NCBI GenBank assembly: GCA_963719065.1
Contig: CAVRAM010000002.1
Coordinates: 176,882 to 240,881 of the forward strand
Reading direction: 5' to 3'
DNA: 64,000 bases
Source: an uncultured Acidobacteriota bacterium
Lineage (GTDB): Bacteria; Acidobacteriota; Terriglobia; Acidiferrales; UBA7541
Below, piece after piece: positions 8,567-18,255 of this stretch. Position numbers and translations under genes: made by a program. The notes under the pieces were generated by a model. The model did no database searches. It had not been told where the DNA came from and saw nothing but the letters and a program-made list of their open reading frames with translations. How positions within the stretch are numbered: the first letter of the stretch is position 1; every line of letters starts with the position of its first letter.

Positions 8567-10954
8567 ATGGCGGCGGAACAAGCGACGCAATTGTTGACGA
8601 CGGAAGAACAGCGAAAGATGAATGCGTACTGGCGCGCGTGCAACTACATGTGCGGCGGAATGATTTATCTGCGCGACAATCCCCTGCTGCGCGAGCCGCT
8701 GCGTCCAGAGCACACGAAAAATCGATTGCTGGGACATTGGGGATCGGATCCGGGGCAGACGTTCACGTGGGTGCATTTGAACCGGGTGATCAAGAAATAC
8801 GATCTGAACATGATTTACATTTCGGGGCCGGGGCATGGCGCCCCGGCGATGCTTTCGAATTGCTATTTGGAAGGACGGTATTCGGAAATTTATCCGGAGA
8901 AGAGCCAGGACGCGAAGGGGCTGCTGAATTTGTTTCGCGCGTTTTCGTTTCCCGGGCAACTGGGAAGCCACTGCACGCCGGAAGTGCCGGGATCGATTCA
9001 CGAGGGCGGCGAGCTGGGATACAGCTTGTCGCACGGATTCGGGGCGGCGTTCGACAATCCGGATCTGATTGTGAGTGTGGTGGTGGGCGACGGCGAGTCG
9101 GAGACGGGGCCGCTGGCGACTTCGTGGCATTCGAACAAATTTTTGAATCCGATACGCGACGGGGCGGTGCTGCCGATTTTGCATTTGAACGGATACAAGA
9201 TCGCGAATCCGACGGTGCTGGCGCGGATTGAGCCGGAGGAACTGGAGCAGCTTTTCCGCGGATACGGGTGGACGCCGCATGTGGTGGAGGGCGACGACCC
9301 GGAGTTGATGCATCCGAAGATGGCGGAGGCGGTGGAAGCGTGCGTTCTGCAAATTCGCGCGATTCAAGAAGAGGCGCGAAGAACGGGGCGAGCGGAACGT
9401 CCGCGGTGGCCGATGATTATTTTGCGTTCACCGAAAGGATGGACGGGACCGAAGGAAGTGGATGGCCACCACGTGGAGAATTTCTGGCGAGCGCACCAAG
9501 TGCCGGTGACAGATGTGCAGACGAATCCCGAGCATTTGAAAATTGTGGAGGATTGGCTGCGGAGCTACCGGCCGGAGGAATTGTTTGACGCGAACGGGAC
9601 GCTGATCGAGGAGTTGCGGGAAATGGCGCCGAAGGGCGAGCGGAGGATGACCGCGAATCCGCACGCGAACGGCGGGAAATTGAGGAAGGTGCTGAACCTG
9701 CCGGATTTCCGGAAGTATGAAGTGGCGACGGGCGGTCCGGGGCAGAGGGAAACTTCGCCGACGGCGACGCTGGGAAAATTTCTCCGCGATGTGATGCGGC
9801 AGAACATGCAGACGTTCCGAGTGTTCAGTCCGGATGAAAACGCTTCGAACAAGCTGGAGGATTTGTACGACGCGACGTGGAAGACGTGGATGGCGCGGAT
9901 CAAGCCGATTGATGCGGATGGGAGCGACATCGCGACGGACGGGCGGGTGATGGAGATGCTGAGCGAGCACACTCTGGAAGGATGGCTGGAGGGTTACATC
10001 CTGACGGGGCGGCACGGACTGCTGAATACATACGAGGCGTTCGTGCACATCATCGATTCGATGTACAACCAGCACGCGAAATGGCTGGAAAAATCGAAAC
10101 TGGAAATCGATTGGAGGGCGCCGATATCGTCGTTGAATCTGCTGATCACGTCGCTGGTGTGGCGGCAGGATCACAACGGATTCACACACGAGGATCCGGG
10201 ATTTCTGGATGTGGTGAGCAACAAGAGCGCGAACGTGACGCGGATTTATTTGCCGCCGGACGCGAATTGCCTGTTGAGCGTGGGCGATCACTGCCTGCGC
10301 AGCGAAAATTATGTGAACGTGATTGTGGCCGACAAGCAGCCGCACTTGATTTACCTGACGATGGAAGAGGCCGTGGTGCACTGCACGAAAGGAATCGGAA
10401 TCTGGGATTGGGCGAGCACCGACGACGGCGCAGAACCCGATGTGGTGATGGCGAGCGCGGGCGACGTGATGACGATGGAGGCGCTCGCCGCAGTGGCGAT
10501 CCTGCGGGAACATTTTCCGGCGCTGAAAATCCGGTTTGTGAATGTGGTGGACTTGTACCGGCTGCAGCCGGACACGGAACATCCGCATGGATTGTCGGAT
10601 CGCGATTTCGATTCGCTATTCACGAAAGACAAGCCGGTGATTTTCAATTTTCACGGATATCCGTGGCTGATTCACAAATTCACGTACAGGCGGACGAACC
10701 ATTCGAACATCCACGTGCGCGGGTACAAGGAAAAAGGAAACATCAACACGCCGCTGGAACTGGCGATCCGAAATCAGGTGGACCGGTTCACGCTGGCGAC
10801 CGACGTGATCGATCGAGTGCCGAGCCTGCAGGAGCCGGGCGCGCATTTGAAGGAATGGTTGAAGGCGCAGATCATCGAAAATATTGCATACGCGTATAAG
10901 GAAGGAATCGATAAGCCGGAAATCCGGAACTGGCGATGGCCGCTGAAGAAATAG
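8567..10954 (+). CDS. xfp: Xylulose-5-phosphate/fructose-6-phosphate phosphoketolase
   Basis: About 795 aa. [46 protein letters not shown] and [24 protein letters not shown] (TPP-binding) are phosphoketolase hallmarks. The ATG at 8567 lies within ORF 8501..10954. Confidence 0.92.
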   Translation: MAAEQATQLLTTEEQRKMNAYWRACNYMCGGMIYLRDNPLLREPLRPEHTKNRLLGHWGSDPGQTFTWVHLNRVIKKYDLNMIYISGPGHGAPAMLSNCYLEGRYSEIYPEKSQDAKGLLNLFRAFSFPGQLGSHCTPEVPGSIHEGGELGYSLSHGFGAAFDNPDLIVSVVVGDGESETGPLATSWHSNKFLNPIRDGAVLPILHLNGYKIANPTVLARIEPEELEQLFRGYGWTPHVVEGDDPELMHPKMAEAVEACVLQIRAIQEEARRTGRAERPRWPMIILRSPKGWTGPKEVDGHHVENFWRAHQVPVTDVQTNPEHLKIVEDWLRSYRPEELFDANGTLIEELREMAPKGERRMTANPHANGGKLRKVLNLPDFRKYEVATGGPGQRETSPTATLGKFLRDVMRQNMQTFRVFSPDENASNKLEDLYDATWKTWMARIKPIDADGSDIATDGRVMEMLSEHTLEGWLEGYILTGRHGLLNTYEAFVHIIDSMYNQHAKWLEKSKLEIDWRAPISSLNLLITSLVWRQDHNGFTHEDPGFLDVVSNKSANVTRIYLPPDANCLLSVGDHCLRSENYVNVIVADKQPHLIYLTMEEAVVHCTKGIGIWDWASTDDGAEPDVVMASAGDVMTMEALAAVAILREHFPALKIRFVNVVDLYRLQPDTEHPHGLSDRDFDSLFTKDKPVIFNFHGYPWLIHKFTYRRTNHSNIHVRGYKEKGNINTPLELAIRNQVDRFTLATDVIDRVPSLQEPGAHLKEWLKAQIIENIAYAYKEGIDKPEIRNWRWPLKK

Positions 10955-10981
10955 CGGCCCGCGATTGATGTGCGGCGCGAA

Positions 10982-12061
10982 TTATTGCGTGGCGGTACCG
11001 GGCGGAGGCGCGGCGAGATTGAGGTCGTCAAATTTGCGCCATTTGTAAAACGCGATCGAGACGATCCAACTGAGCGCGAACAGGCCGACGATGAAGAATC
11101 CGAGCGCGCCGAAATTGTCGTTGAGGCGGACGATCGAGTCCCAGAACCAGCCGGTGAGATGAAGGTGGCCGGCGAGAAGGCCGAGAGCTTCGATGCCGCC
11201 GACGACGAGAGCGACGATCACGGAGACGGACGTGATCGTCATGTTGTAGTAGAGCTTGCGAATTGGTTTTACGTAGGCCCAACCGTAGGCGCCGAGCATG
11301 AGGATGTTGTCGGTGGTGTCGATGAGCGACATGCCGGCGGCGAAGAGCGTTGGGAAAACAAGGATCGACCAGATCGAGAGGCCTTTGGCGGCTTCGGCGG
11401 CGGATATCCCCAGCAGACCAATTTCGGTGGCGGTATCGAATCCCAAACCAAACAAAATTCCGAGCGGGTACATGTGCCAGCTGCGGGTGATCATTTTGAA
11501 CATCGGACGAAACAGGCGCGAGAGAAAACCGCGGCTGCCGAGAAGCATGTCGAAGTCTTCTTCGACGTAAGGTTCGCCGCGGCGGACGCGGACAAAGGCG
11601 CGGTAGATCGAGCGAAGGACGATCAGGTTGACGATGGCGATGGCGAGCAGGAAAAACGCGGAGACCAGCGTGCCAACGACGGCGCCGATTTGCTTTATCG
11701 AGTCGACTTTATGCTGCAGGGCGATGGCGGTTCCGGCGATGGCGGCGGAGCCGATGACCACGATGGTGGAATGGCCGAGCGAAAACATGAAGCCGACGGC
11801 GACGGGGCGTTTGCCGTCTTGCATGAGTTTGCGGGTAACGTTGTCGATGGCGGCGATGTGGTCGGCGTCGACGGCGTGACGAAGGCCGAAGCTGTAGGCC
11901 AGCAGCGCGGTGCCGAGGAGTACTGGATAGTTATGAAAGGCGATGGCGGCCCAAATCCAGGCGCCGACGTTGAAAATCGCGAGCAGGGTGTATATGCCGA
12001 TGATGCGGCCGCGCAGGTTGGCGGAGGAATCGTCGAAAACCGATTGGAGGGTGAAAGACAT
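10982..12061 (-). CDS. HoxN/HupN/NixA-family nickel/cobalt transporter (NiCoT)
   Basis: FGLRHAVDADHIAAIDNVTRKL matches the NiCoT signature in TM2, plus LGFDTATEI. About 8 TM segments. I prefer the ATG at 12061 (MSFTLQS...) within ORF 10982..12160. Confidence 0.85.
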   Translation of the reverse strand: MSFTLQSVFDDSSANLRGRIIGIYTLLAIFNVGAWIWAAIAFHNYPVLLGTALLAYSFGLRHAVDADHIAAIDNVTRKLMQDGKRPVAVGFMFSLGHSTIVVIGSAAIAGTAIALQHKVDSIKQIGAVVGTLVSAFFLLAIAIVNLIVLRSIYRAFVRVRRGEPYVEEDFDMLLGSRGFLSRLFRPMFKMITRSWHMYPLGILFGLGFDTATEIGLLGISAAEAAKGLSIWSILVFPTLFAAGMSLIDTTDNILMLGAYGWAYVKPIRKLYYNMTITSVSVIVALVVGGIEALGLLAGHLHLTGWFWDSIVRLNDNFGALGFFIVGLFALSWIVSIAFYKWRKFDDLNLAAPPPGTATQ

Positions 12062-12255
12062 GTCCGCGAGCGGAGAACCACGAATAACATATTTTGTAAA
12101 ATCGTGCCACGGTGCGGCGGTAAGTGGCGAGTTCGCGAGTCGCGCGGTGCGGCGAGGCATCTGATGGATTGCGAGGGCGCATCCATTCGATGGTGAGGTC
12201 GTGGTAGGTTTCGAATGCGAGCGGATGCTGGACGTGCCGAGTTGAGGCGGAGCGA

Positions 12256-13374
12256 GTGAACGAGCGCGGACGAAAAACGGATGTATTCGTAATCGGCGGC
12301 GGGCCGGCAGGGCTTGCGGTGGCGATTGCTGCTCGGCAGAAGGGATTTTCGGCGATCGTGGCGGATGGCGCCGGGCCGGCGATCGATAAACCGTGCGGCG
12401 AAGGACTGATGCCGGAAGCGATTACGGCACTTCGTGAGCTGGGAGTGGATGTGCGCGAGGCGGAAGGACGAGCGTTCCGCGGAATCCAGTTTTGGGATCG
12501 AGGGCGGCACGTGCGAGCGGATTTTCCGTCCGGAGCGGGATTCGGAATGCGGCGGACGGCATTGCACGAATTACTGATTCGCCGCGCGGAAGCGTGCGGT
12601 GTGGAAATTTTGTGGAACTCACCGGTAACGGCGATCGAGCGGAACGGAGTGCGTCTCGCGAATGGCACGATTTCGGCAAGATGGATTGCGGGCGCGGACG
12701 GCAGTGGATCGCGGGTGCGCAAGTGGAGCGGACTGGAAGGCGGTGCAACGCGAACGCGGCGATGGGCGACGCTGCGGCATTACCGGACCAGGCCATGGTC
12801 GGATTACATGGAGATTTATTGGGGCCGAAAGGCCCAGGGATATGTGACGGCGGTATCCGGGGAAGAAATTTCGGTGGTGGCGATTGCCGAGACGCGCGAG
12901 GATGCGCGATTTGAAAATGCGCTGAACGATTTGCCAAAGTTGCGCGAGCGGATCGGAAATGCGGAGCCGATCGGCCGCGAGCGCGGTGCCGTGACCGAGA
13001 CGAAAACGTATCGGCGCGTGACGCGCGGGCCGGTGGCACTGGTGGGCGATGCTTCGGGCGGAGTGGATGCGATCACCGGCGAAGGATTGCGATTGGCGTT
13101 TCGACATGCGCTGACGCTGGCGGAGGCGATGTCTGCCGGAGATATGGCGAGGTATGAAGCGGCACATCGAGAGATGGCGCGGCGGCCGGTGTGGATGAGC
13201 CGGCTGATGCTGCAGCTTGGGCGGAATCCGTGGCTGCGCGGGAGAGCGATGCAGGCGTTTGCCGAAACGCCGGGGCTATTCGAGCGGATGATCGCGATTC
13301 ATGTGGGCGAAGCGACGCCGCGGGAAATTGTGTCCACGAGCGCGGCGATGGGCTGGCAATTCCTGGCGACGTAG
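12256..13374 (+). CDS. FAD-dependent oxidoreductase (geranylgeranyl-reductase / FixC-like family)
   Basis: Rossmann dinucleotide motif VFVIGGGPAGLAVAIAARQKGFSAIVAD followed by DKPCGEGLMP. Later there is GDASGGVDAITGEGL. GTG start. Confidence 0.75.
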   Translation: MNERGRKTDVFVIGGGPAGLAVAIAARQKGFSAIVADGAGPAIDKPCGEGLMPEAITALRELGVDVREAEGRAFRGIQFWDRGRHVRADFPSGAGFGMRRTALHELLIRRAEACGVEILWNSPVTAIERNGVRLANGTISARWIAGADGSGSRVRKWSGLEGGATRTRRWATLRHYRTRPWSDYMEIYWGRKAQGYVTAVSGEEISVVAIAETREDARFENALNDLPKLRERIGNAEPIGRERGAVTETKTYRRVTRGPVALVGDASGGVDAITGEGLRLAFRHALTLAEAMSAGDMARYEAAHREMARRPVWMSRLMLQLGRNPWLRGRAMQAFAETPGLFERMIAIHVGEATPREIVSTSAAMGWQFLAT

Positions 13375-13464
13375 CCATGCGCGTACCACGTTGGCTGCGA
13401 CGGGTTTCCGAATAAATTCAAACTGAAAACTACAATTGAGTTGGCTCGAACGGGCGTCTGCGCA

Positions 13465-15372
13465 TTACTGCGTTTGCGTGAGCACCACTTCCCACGATTG
13501 TGGCTTGCCGGGTTCGAAGTTGACGTTGCTGGAACGCAGGATCAGATGAGACGGGATAGCTCCCTGGGCGCCACGGCCGAAAGGATCGTCGGGTGCGGCG
13601 TAGGTTGAAAATTTCACGGGCAAATCGGATTCCGTCACCTGGACGCGCATCGCGTGGTCTTTTGTAGCTACAACATACCGACTTTTCCCTTCCTCGGGTG
13701 GCTGGTCGCTGTTTTCGATGCGATCGGCGCGCGTGGGAATCGCCATCCATAGCAGCTGGACGTTGACGGCGTGCGACGCGGTGATCGTTTCGCTGCGCCG
13801 GATGCCGCGAGCGGTGAGCGACCAGGTGACTGTGGTGGTGAGGCCCGGATCGATTGTTTCGCCCGCCTTTTCGCCGACGACCACCCAGTTTCTCCATGTT
13901 GCGGTGATGCTGCGCGCGTCCGGCGCGAACTTGATTTCGTCGGCGCCGTCGGCGGCGGCGATGGTGCGGCCGTCCGCGAGCCCGAGAAACGGAGTGAAGC
14001 AGGGGTAGATTTTCTCGACGGGCACGGCAAACAGAGAAAAACCGAACGGCGCGGGCTGGTAATCGGAGGTGGCGGCTTTCGGTCCAGTGACAAACGGCAA
14101 TGCAAAATGGAAATTTTTGTTGCGGACAACCCATACGCCGAACTGGCGACCCGGGCCATCGCGAAACGAGACGTAGCGGTTGACGTCTGGCAGATCGAGT
14201 GACGATGGGAACGAAACGACTTTTTCGGCTGCAAGAGCGCGCGTGAGAGTCATTTCCGAATCAGCGAGCTTGCCGAAAAACGTGGTGGTCTGCTGCCACT
14301 CGCGGTCTTCGCCGATGTAACTGTATTCGCCGCGGCCCTTGGCGAAAATCTTCAGCAAGTGAGTGTTGTTGTCGAAGTCGAGGCGCAAAGAAATCCAGGC
14401 GCGATTGTATGCGGCGGCGAGTTCGGGAAGTGGCGCTGGACGAAACTCAGGATATTCGGCGGCGAAGGCGGCGATTTCGAGCGTGTCCATATAACTGATG
14501 TCGCCAATGCTGCGGCCCCAGGGGTAACCGTAACCGTCGGAAGAAAGCAAATCCCACCAGAGCTGAAACTGCGCTTTCAGAGAGGGCGCCACGGATTTCT
14601 GGATGTCCGTGCGATTTGCGATGACCGCGGCATCGTAGACGGCACGGGCGTATTCGTTGGAGTATCGATCGAAGCGGCCGGTTGTTGGCGCGTCATCGGC
14701 GAAGAGAGCGCCCTGGGTGAACTGACGCGCGGCGGCGTCGAGCAGACTATCGAGCGCGAGACGATCCGTATCAATGCCGAGTTCGAAGCTGATCGCGGCG
14801 ATGCGTGCTGCGACGCCGAGATAATTCTGCGGAAGATTGATGAGCCGCTGCGTTTTGGGATCGTAGAAGCGAGTGGGATCGAGAAGTGAGCGGTAGGCGG
14901 ATTTTTGAACGGGCGTGAGGGATTGCCAGAGCTGGTTGTGATCGAGGTCTGCGCCGTATGCGAGGAGCGCTTCGGCGCAATCGAGCTGGGCCCACGTTTT
15001 GCCGCCGTGGGTTCGTTCGATGGCGGCCATCTGGCCGACCAGTGCAGGAATATTTTTTCCGCCGACGGTGTCGGTTCGGGCGAGTTCGGCATACAGACCG
15101 AGAGCACGAGCAAAAGCGCCCCAGGAAAACTCGCCGGTGGTCATCGCTCCGAGGACGCGTTCGGGCGCGGGTTCGAGAGTCTGGATGGCAGCCGCGTGGA
15201 CGGCGATTTGCTGGGCGAGGAACGCGCGGATATCGGCGTCGAGTTGGGTGACGGCGGTTTGCGGAGGCGCCCCGGGAGATTGAGCGGGCGCGGCGGCGGA
15301 GTTGAATAATAAAGATGCGGTGAGAAGGACTCGAAGAAGCTGAGGGCTAAAGCCACGGAGTCTGCGGTTCAC
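13465..15372 (-). CDS. Secreted hypothetical protein, 635 aa (helical N-terminal half, beta-rich C-terminal half; possibly polysaccharide-lyase/heparinase-II/III-like)
   Basis: Signal-peptide-like N-terminus (LLRVLLTASLLFNSAAAPAQS). The GTG start overlaps the upstream TPR gene's stop as GTGA. The fold guess comes from composition and pattern only. Confidence 0.7.
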   Translation of the reverse strand: MNRRLRGFSPQLLRVLLTASLLFNSAAAPAQSPGAPPQTAVTQLDADIRAFLAQQIAVHAAAIQTLEPAPERVLGAMTTGEFSWGAFARALGLYAELARTDTVGGKNIPALVGQMAAIERTHGGKTWAQLDCAEALLAYGADLDHNQLWQSLTPVQKSAYRSLLDPTRFYDPKTQRLINLPQNYLGVAARIAAISFELGIDTDRLALDSLLDAAARQFTQGALFADDAPTTGRFDRYSNEYARAVYDAAVIANRTDIQKSVAPSLKAQFQLWWDLLSSDGYGYPWGRSIGDISYMDTLEIAAFAAEYPEFRPAPLPELAAAYNRAWISLRLDFDNNTHLLKIFAKGRGEYSYIGEDREWQQTTTFFGKLADSEMTLTRALAAEKVVSFPSSLDLPDVNRYVSFRDGPGRQFGVWVVRNKNFHFALPFVTGPKAATSDYQPAPFGFSLFAVPVEKIYPCFTPFLGLADGRTIAAADGADEIKFAPDARSITATWRNWVVVGEKAGETIDPGLTTTVTWSLTARGIRRSETITASHAVNVQLLWMAIPTRADRIENSDQPPEEGKSRYVVATKDHAMRVQVTESDLPVKFSTYAAPDDPFGRGAQGAIPSHLILRSSNVNFEPGKPQSWEVVLTQTQ

Positions 15373-16214
15373 TTTTGATTTTCAGCTTCGAGTTGGGCGA
15401 GGCTTTCGCGGACCGAGTTCGCGTCCGGAGCTTTCGGGGCGGCTTTCAAATAGGCGCGCAACTCGCGCGCGGCGCCATCGAGATCGTGACTGGCGCCATA
15501 AATCTGGGCGAGTAGCAGATGGGCCTGCGGAATGTGATGGTGATGGTCGGCGGCGATAGCTTCCTGCGCGTTGCGTTGCGCTTCCTGAAGAAGATTGGTG
15601 TGAAAGTCGGCGACAGCGGTGTAGAGGTGCGCGTAGGCGTTTTCGTTGGGCTGCAGGGCAAGAGCGCGATCGGAAAAATCGAGAGTTTTCTGCCAGTCGC
15701 TTTCGGCGGCGGATAAATCGGCGAGGCAGAGATATCCCGGCGCGTAGCCGGCATCGACGGTAGTGGCCTGGGCACAGGCGTCGCGGGCGTCTTCCGGGCG
15801 TTTCGCGGCTTGCAAAGTTTGGCCGAGCAGCGCCCATGCGGCGGAATATTGAGGATATTGCTGAACGGCATTGCGAAGGTGCGTCTCGGCGGAATCGTAT
15901 TTCTTCAATTTCAGATCGTTGCAGCCTTTTTTGTATTCGTCGCGGGCGTGATCGGGAATGGTGAACGAGGCAGCGCTGACGACGATTCCCTGATGATCTC
16001 CGGTGGCCCACATCAGGCAAGGATCGTCGAGGTCATCAGGGAGATCGCTGGGGCCTGGGCCGCCGATGTCGGCGGGACCGCGTGACGACGAAGAATCGTT
16101 GATTGGAAAGCCGGCGTTCGGGACTTGCTGGGCAGCGAGGCGCGGCGCGAGAAATGAAAATGCGGCGAGAGAAAGGGCGAGGAGGGCGAGAGGCGTCTTG
16201 ACCGGTATTGGCAT
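15369..16214 (-). CDS. Secreted TPR-repeat protein
   Basis: The ATG at 16214 (MPIPVKTPLALLALSLAAFSFLAPRLAAQQ) is a signal peptide. Repeated A/Y/L-rich 34-aa units are present (YPQYSAAWALLGQTLQAAKRPEDA...). The upstream part of ORF 15369..16364 is the translated tRNA-Lys gene. Confidence 0.8.
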   Translation of the reverse strand: MPIPVKTPLALLALSLAAFSFLAPRLAAQQVPNAGFPINDSSSSRGPADIGGPGPSDLPDDLDDPCLMWATGDHQGIVVSAASFTIPDHARDEYKKGCNDLKLKKYDSAETHLRNAVQQYPQYSAAWALLGQTLQAAKRPEDARDACAQATTVDAGYAPGYLCLADLSAAESDWQKTLDFSDRALALQPNENAYAHLYTAVADFHTNLLQEAQRNAQEAIAADHHHHIPQAHLLLAQIYGASHDLDGAARELRAYLKAAPKAPDANSVRESLAQLEAENQK

Positions 16215-16303
16215 GGCGTAGCTCCGGTAGCGCGATTGTACATCAGTTCTATGGGTGCGGGAGCGACGTACGGCAGGAAACGCGGGAAAGAATCGAGGAA
16301 AAG

Positions 16304-16378
16304 TGGTGAGCCGGGTAGGACTCGAACCTACAACCCGCTGCTTAAGAGGCAGCTGCTCTACCATTGAGCTACCGGCCC
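16304..16378 (-). tRNA. tRNA-Lys (anticodon CTT), 75 nt, CCA encoded
   Basis: Folded by hand from the reverse complement. Acceptor GGGCCGG/CCGGCTC, D-arm GCTC-AATGGTA-GAGC, anticodon arm GCTGC-CTCTTAA-GCAGC, T-arm GTAGG-TTCGAGT-CCTAC, then ACCA. Confidence 0.9.
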
Positions 16379-16480
16379 ACTAGGACGAAGATTGTAGCAC
16401 GAGGGATTGGCTGGCCCAATCAGGAACGGAGGCGGACTGGAGGAATTTTTCGCGTGGCGAAGGGGTGCGCGGAGGAGGAA

Positions 16481-16522
16481 CGGCGCGCTGAAGGCCGCGG
16501 CGCTACATTGAAACCTTAAAGG
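16481..16522 (+). repeat. Intergenic repeat family, copy a (core only)
   Basis: cggcgcgctgaaggccgcggcgctacattgaaaccttaaagg. It shares the core GCGCTGAAGGCCGCGGCGCTACATTGAAAYCTTAAAG with copies b-e. Confidence 0.75.
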
Positions 16523-16559
16523 CCCGGCAATTCCCTGCTGAACGTGCGAAGCGGCGAAG

Positions 16560-17558
16560 TTATTTTGCGGGGAGCTTGGGGGCGGCGCGAAGGGATGCGG
16601 CGATTTCTTTGGCGACCTGGCGGGCGCGATTGATGTCGCCGGGGCCGAAGGAAATGGCGGCGACGCGGGCATGGCCTCCGCCGCCGAATTTTTCGCTGAT
16701 GGAGGCGAGATTGACTTCGGGCGGTACGTCCTTCCACGGGCTGGTGCCGACCGAGACCTTGGAACGAATCTGCGAAGCGCTGAGGCCGACGGAGTAGGTG
16801 GCGTCTGGAAACAGATAATACGGCACGAATTTGTTGTAACCCTCGAGATCCAAATCACTAACATCGAAATAAATTACGCCGTCGCGCGATTCGGCGCGTT
16901 CGCGAAAAATATCCATCGAGCGGCGGTGGCGTTCGAGCAAGGGGCCGAGGTGTTTCTGCACGATGGGCAGCTCGACCATTTCTTTGAGCGAAAGATTGGC
17001 CATGTAAGGAATGAGTTTGGGAACCAGATCGTGTTCGGGCGCGGCTTCGATGACGAGAGCAAGTTGGGTGGCCGGAGCCTGGAGGCTGACGGCTTCGGCG
17101 GCATCCTTGAATTGCGCACCGTCGATGATGTCTCCCCAATAGATCAGGTCGGCGATCGGTTTTGGATCGAAGCCGAATTTCTGCGCGGCGGTGTCGGCGA
17201 TGAATTTGGTGCAGGATTTGTAGGTTGGATCGTAAAACTTTTTGCCGGAGCGATCGGCGCGAAAATTGGCGGCGTCTTCGGGAGTGAGGAAGGCGCTTTG
17301 ATGATGATCGAACCACCAGGTAAGAAGCGGCGAAGTGGAATATTTGAAATCAACGATGGCGTTTTCATCGCCGTCGAACAGGCCGTCTTCGAAGGGTTTC
17401 GAAGCTTTGTGGGTCATGCCGGTGTAATGGAATTCGGCGGAGGGATTGATGCGTTCGCGATAGAAGCGGGAGAAGGTGGCGGCGGAGGCGGCTCCGTCGA
17501 AGCATTTATCGTGAAAGCAAACGCGAACTTTCAAATTCGTCTCCGGGTGCGAGGCCAA
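16560..17558 (-). CDS. DHH-superfamily phosphoesterase (NrnB-like, DHHA1 GGGGH motif)
   Basis: 332 aa. The N-terminal FHDKCFDGAASA resembles DHH motif I/II. The C-terminal EKFGGGGHARVAAI is the DHHA1 GGGH motif. Confidence 0.65.
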   Translation of the reverse strand: MASHPETNLKVRVCFHDKCFDGAASAATFSRFYRERINPSAEFHYTGMTHKASKPFEDGLFDGDENAIVDFKYSTSPLLTWWFDHHQSAFLTPEDAANFRADRSGKKFYDPTYKSCTKFIADTAAQKFGFDPKPIADLIYWGDIIDGAQFKDAAEAVSLQAPATQLALVIEAAPEHDLVPKLIPYMANLSLKEMVELPIVQKHLGPLLERHRRSMDIFRERAESRDGVIYFDVSDLDLEGYNKFVPYYLFPDATYSVGLSASQIRSKVSVGTSPWKDVPPEVNLASISEKFGGGGHARVAAISFGPGDINRARQVAKEIAASLRAAPKLPAK

Positions 17559-17619
17559 TGAGGATGGACGGTGAATGCGCGGATGTCAAGTAAGGTTCGG
17601 GAGCGAGTGGAAAGGCCAG

Positions 17620-17693
17620 GAAGAAAAAGGATGGGCGAAGTTTCCGGGAAGGATGCTCCGGCACGCAGCAAGTCCCTTGCGAAAACTTCGCCC
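17620..17693 (-). terminator. Branched GC-rich hairpin (11-bp outer stem GGGCGAAGTTT/AAACTTCGCCC) followed on the minus strand by AUCCUUUUUCUUCC
   Basis: The outer stem pairs 17633-17643 with 17683-17693. The inner loop contains CCGG...CCGG and GCAAG..CTTGC mini-stems. It lies 15 nt downstream of the DUF4870-like gene's stop. Confidence 0.45.
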
Positions 17694-17707
17694 GTGGCCC
17701 GAGGAAA

Positions 17708-18181
17708 TCAGGGCTTGAAAATCTGGTCGGCCAAATCGGCGGCGACCGGTACGCGAAACTTTTCGTGCTGGAATGCTTTGATCATCAGGAATATCCAGAG
17801 GACGAAGGCGAGCAGGTTGATGATCGAAAGCAGTCCCATCCCGGCGGAGAAACCGCCGACGCCGTGGGTCATGATGCTGAAACCGAAAAACATTCCGAGG
17901 ACGATGCTGAGAATGTGCAGTCCGCCGAAGACGACGATGGATTGCGCGGCATGGAAGCGGACGAAGGGCCGCTTATCGATGAAATAGAAGACCAGGCCAG
18001 TGAGCCATCCGAGCAGGTAGCAGAGCGCTCCGGCGACGTTTTCCTGCATTCCTTCTGATGTGGCGACGGGAACGGCAGAAGGACCGGAGGAAGCGGCGGA
18101 CGCGGGCGTTGGCGCGCCGCAACTGGGACAAAAGCCGGCGTTGTCTGCGACTGCGGCACCGCACTTGGTGCAATGTGGCAT
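17708..18181 (-). CDS. Zinc-ribbon plus DUF4870-like small membrane protein
   Basis: The ATG at 18181 is preceded by AGGAG. MPHCTKCGAAVADNAGFCPSCGAP is a CxxC...CxxC zinc ribbon. A 3-TM domain follows (ALCYLLGWLTGLVFYFIDKRPFVRFHAAQS), typical of DUF4870/TM2-like proteins. Confidence 0.7.
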   Translation of the reverse strand: MPHCTKCGAAVADNAGFCPSCGAPTPASAASSGPSAVPVATSEGMQENVAGALCYLLGWLTGLVFYFIDKRPFVRFHAAQSIVVFGGLHILSIVLGMFFGFSIMTHGVGGFSAGMGLLSIINLLAFVLWIFLMIKAFQHEKFRVPVAADLADQIFKP

Positions 18182-18255
18182 GAACGATCTCCTAGTGTGG
18201 GTCTGGGCCCTGTTGGTGGCGAAGGGTAACAAAGGAGGTAGCGTGCGGCAAGGCG

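Noticed and set aside
8471-10588. Long minus-strand ORFs (298 aa and 386 aa) antisense to the phosphoketolase gene. Similar antisense ORFs occur at 10970-12196, 19503-20882, 22719-24128, 25483-26640, 30103-31239, 31401-32327, 36113-37690, 41556-43601, 44292-45251, 48749-50089, 50192-51247 and 59153-60313.
   Set aside because: Each lies opposite a gene with an unambiguous conserved product. Their translations are Arg/His/Pro/Gln-rich low-complexity strings with no motifs. Stop-codon depletion on the antisense frame is expected with GC-rich third-position codon bias.
12062-12255. Looked for a cobalamin or Ni/Co riboswitch in the 194-nt leader of the NiCoT transporter gene.
   Set aside because: There is no B12-box (GCCACTG in context, AGYCMGGAGACCKGCC-like) and no recognisable conserved core. 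Only a simple GATGGAT/ATCCATC hairpin is present. A cmsearch run would be needed to be definitive.
16215-16364. N-terminal extension of ORF 15369..16364 (MVEQLPLKQRVVGSSPTRLTT...).
   Set aside because: VVGSSPTRL is the translated T-arm of tRNA-Lys (GGTTCGAGTCC). The real CDS starts at the signal-peptide Met at 16214.
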